Source: Armatimonadota bacterium
GTDB taxonomy: Bacteria; Armatimonadota; UBA10988
Direction: 5' to 3'
Length of the DNA: 28,959 nt
Assembly (NCBI GenBank): GCA_016235455.1
Contig: JACRKZ010000028.1
Coordinates: 1 to 28,959, forward strand
Shown here: piece by piece, positions 27,859 through 28,959 of the stretch
Layout: the number at the start of each line of letters is the position of its first letter
How positions within the stretch are numbered: the first letter of the stretch is position 1
Notes under the pieces: generated by a model
Seen by the model: the letters and a program-made list of their open reading frames with translations, nothing else
Database searches by the model: none
What the model was told of the DNA's origin: nothing
Program-made: the position numbers and the translations under genes

Positions 27859-28302
27859 ATGCCCAGCCTGCTCAATTCGGCCGACCGCGACGCGCTGCTG
27901 GCGCGCGTGTCGCGCCTCACCCCCGACCTCGCGCCGCGCTTTGGCACCATGAGCCCGCACCGCGCAGTCCTCCACCTCATCGAGAGCCTGGAAGTGCCGC
28001 TGGGCGACAAGCAGGCCAAGCCCGCGTTCTTCCTGGTCGTCTGGGCCCACCGCCTGTTGCTCAACCGGCTGCTCAACCAGCCCTGGCCGACGATGAAGCC
28101 CAAGCCCGGCTACGTGGCCGAGCCGGTCGACCCAGCCGTGTGGGGCGCCGATGTGGGCCGGCTGGTGGACCTGCTCGACCGCTTCGCCCAACCGCCGGCG
28201 ACCTGGCCCAGCCACCCGCAGATCGGCCGCCTGACGGGCACGCAGTGGGGTGTCTACTTGCAGCGGCATATGGACCATCATCTGGGGCAGTTTGGGGTGT
28301 AG
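27859..28302 (+). CDS. DUF1569 / DinB-superfamily protein
   Basis: FGTMS...HL, HPQIGRLT..QW and HMDHHLGQFGV. AAGGAG SD. Confidence 0.85.
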   Translation: MPSLLNSADRDALLARVSRLTPDLAPRFGTMSPHRAVLHLIESLEVPLGDKQAKPAFFLVVWAHRLLLNRLLNQPWPTMKPKPGYVAEPVDPAVWGADVGRLVDLLDRFAQPPATWPSHPQIGRLTGTQWGVYLQRHMDHHLGQFGV

Positions 28303-28751
28303 GCTACCTTGGTCACCGCCGTCCAAATGCGCACCGGCACCAACCCCTCGTGGCAGCCTTCTTCGAACACCTCGAAGCAGGGCTGGGTTTCGACCGGCGC
28401 GTAGCCCGAGGCGGGCAGCCACTGGGAGTAGATCGCGGCCCAGGTGGCGGCGATGCCGGGCAGATCGCACTCGAACACGGCGTATTCGGCCGCCGGCACC
28501 TCGCGCTTGACCATGCCGTCGGGCACGGGCGCGTCGGCGGGCACGGCCAGGCCGCCGAACACGTCGCATAGGCCGTCGGCGCAAGGGAAGTAGACGCCGT
28601 AGGCGGACGGCCCGGTGGCGACCGGCCCGATCTCACCCAGGCGCGGACCGACGCGGCCCCAGAAGGCGCGGTAGTCGACCTGGTCGGGCTTGGCGTGCTC
28701 CTCCAGGCCCATCACCCAGAACGCTTCATGTTGGCGGATGACCGGTTCCAT
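28278..28751 (-). CDS. GyrI-like (AraC effector-binding) domain protein
   Basis: MEP.I.....F.VMG, YGVY, VPDGMV..EVPAAEYAVF, IYSQWLPASGY and FEVF. GAGGAG SD. Confidence 0.9.
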   Translation of the reverse strand: MEPVIRQHEAFWVMGLEEHAKPDQVDYRAFWGRVGPRLGEIGPVATGPSAYGVYFPCADGLCDVFGGLAVPADAPVPDGMVKREVPAAEYAVFECDLPGIAATWAAIYSQWLPASGYAPVETQPCFEVFEEGCHEGLVPVRIWTAVTKVAYTPNCPR

Positions 28752-28833
28752 CGGCGGTACTCCTCATGCGGCACGTGACCTGCCTTCATTGTGGACTGCG
28801 TGCCGCGGCGCTGTCCAGTTGGCGGCTCTGCCC

Positions 28834-28959
28834 GGGTGCGAGTCACGCTGCGGGACTCACGCGGCCGCCTTCCAACGCACGACGGGGTCGGACAGGTCGT
28901 TGGCCAGCACGGCCAACACCGCGTTGAGCCCCTCGCGGCTCCAGCGCATGCCCGCGCCC
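28834..28959 (-). mobile_element. Right end of an ISKra4/ISLre2-like insertion sequence (partial)
   Basis: Minus-strand frame 28958-28857 reads GAGMRWSREGLNAVLAVLANDLSDPVVRWKAAA*. GxGMRWSxxG..AVL is the C-terminal signature of these DDE transposases. Candidate terminal IR GGGTGCGAGTC... begins at 28834. Confidence 0.65.

Noticed and set aside
28278-28310. 25-bp convergent overlap of GyrI-like and DUF1569; a lost stop is possible (AAG G TAG)
   Set aside because: Short tail overlaps are common, and this cannot be judged without orthologs.

Overview
GC-rich bacterial chromosomal window, probably from a diderm (it has an LptF/G permease); the taxon cannot be determined from the sequence alone. 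About 27 CDS are supported: a triple-domain FKBP PPIase, a plant-type glucuronokinase-like GHMP kinase coupled to an LptF/G permease, a pentapeptide-repeat protein, a GT2 glycosyltransferase, a TIM-barrel sugar isomerase, a PAS/GAF hybrid histidine kinase, a DUF151 nuclease, pyk, ClC-CBS, a dnaA with no dnaN/rpmH beside it, a Gfo/Idh/MocA oxidoreductase, a Tat-exported sulfatase, two GyrI-like proteins (one frameshifted by a 23-bp tandem duplication), a tandem BtrH/C39-like protein, an AKR-fold protein, a tdh-[C25-like protein]-kbl-GNAT operon, a DUF1569 protein, and the 3' end of an ISKra4/ISLre2-like transposase at the right edge. No rRNA, tRNA or CRISPR array was seen. The most notable points are three separate short tandem duplications (72, 18 and 23 bp), a candidate structured sRNA whose promoter is overlapped by a perfect DnaA box, a gingipain-like His/Cys protein inserted between tdh and kbl, and a C39-fold tandem protein with His replaced by Asp/Glu in an operon with GyrI and the sulfatase. 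All family calls come from motifs recognised by eye; no database searches were run.
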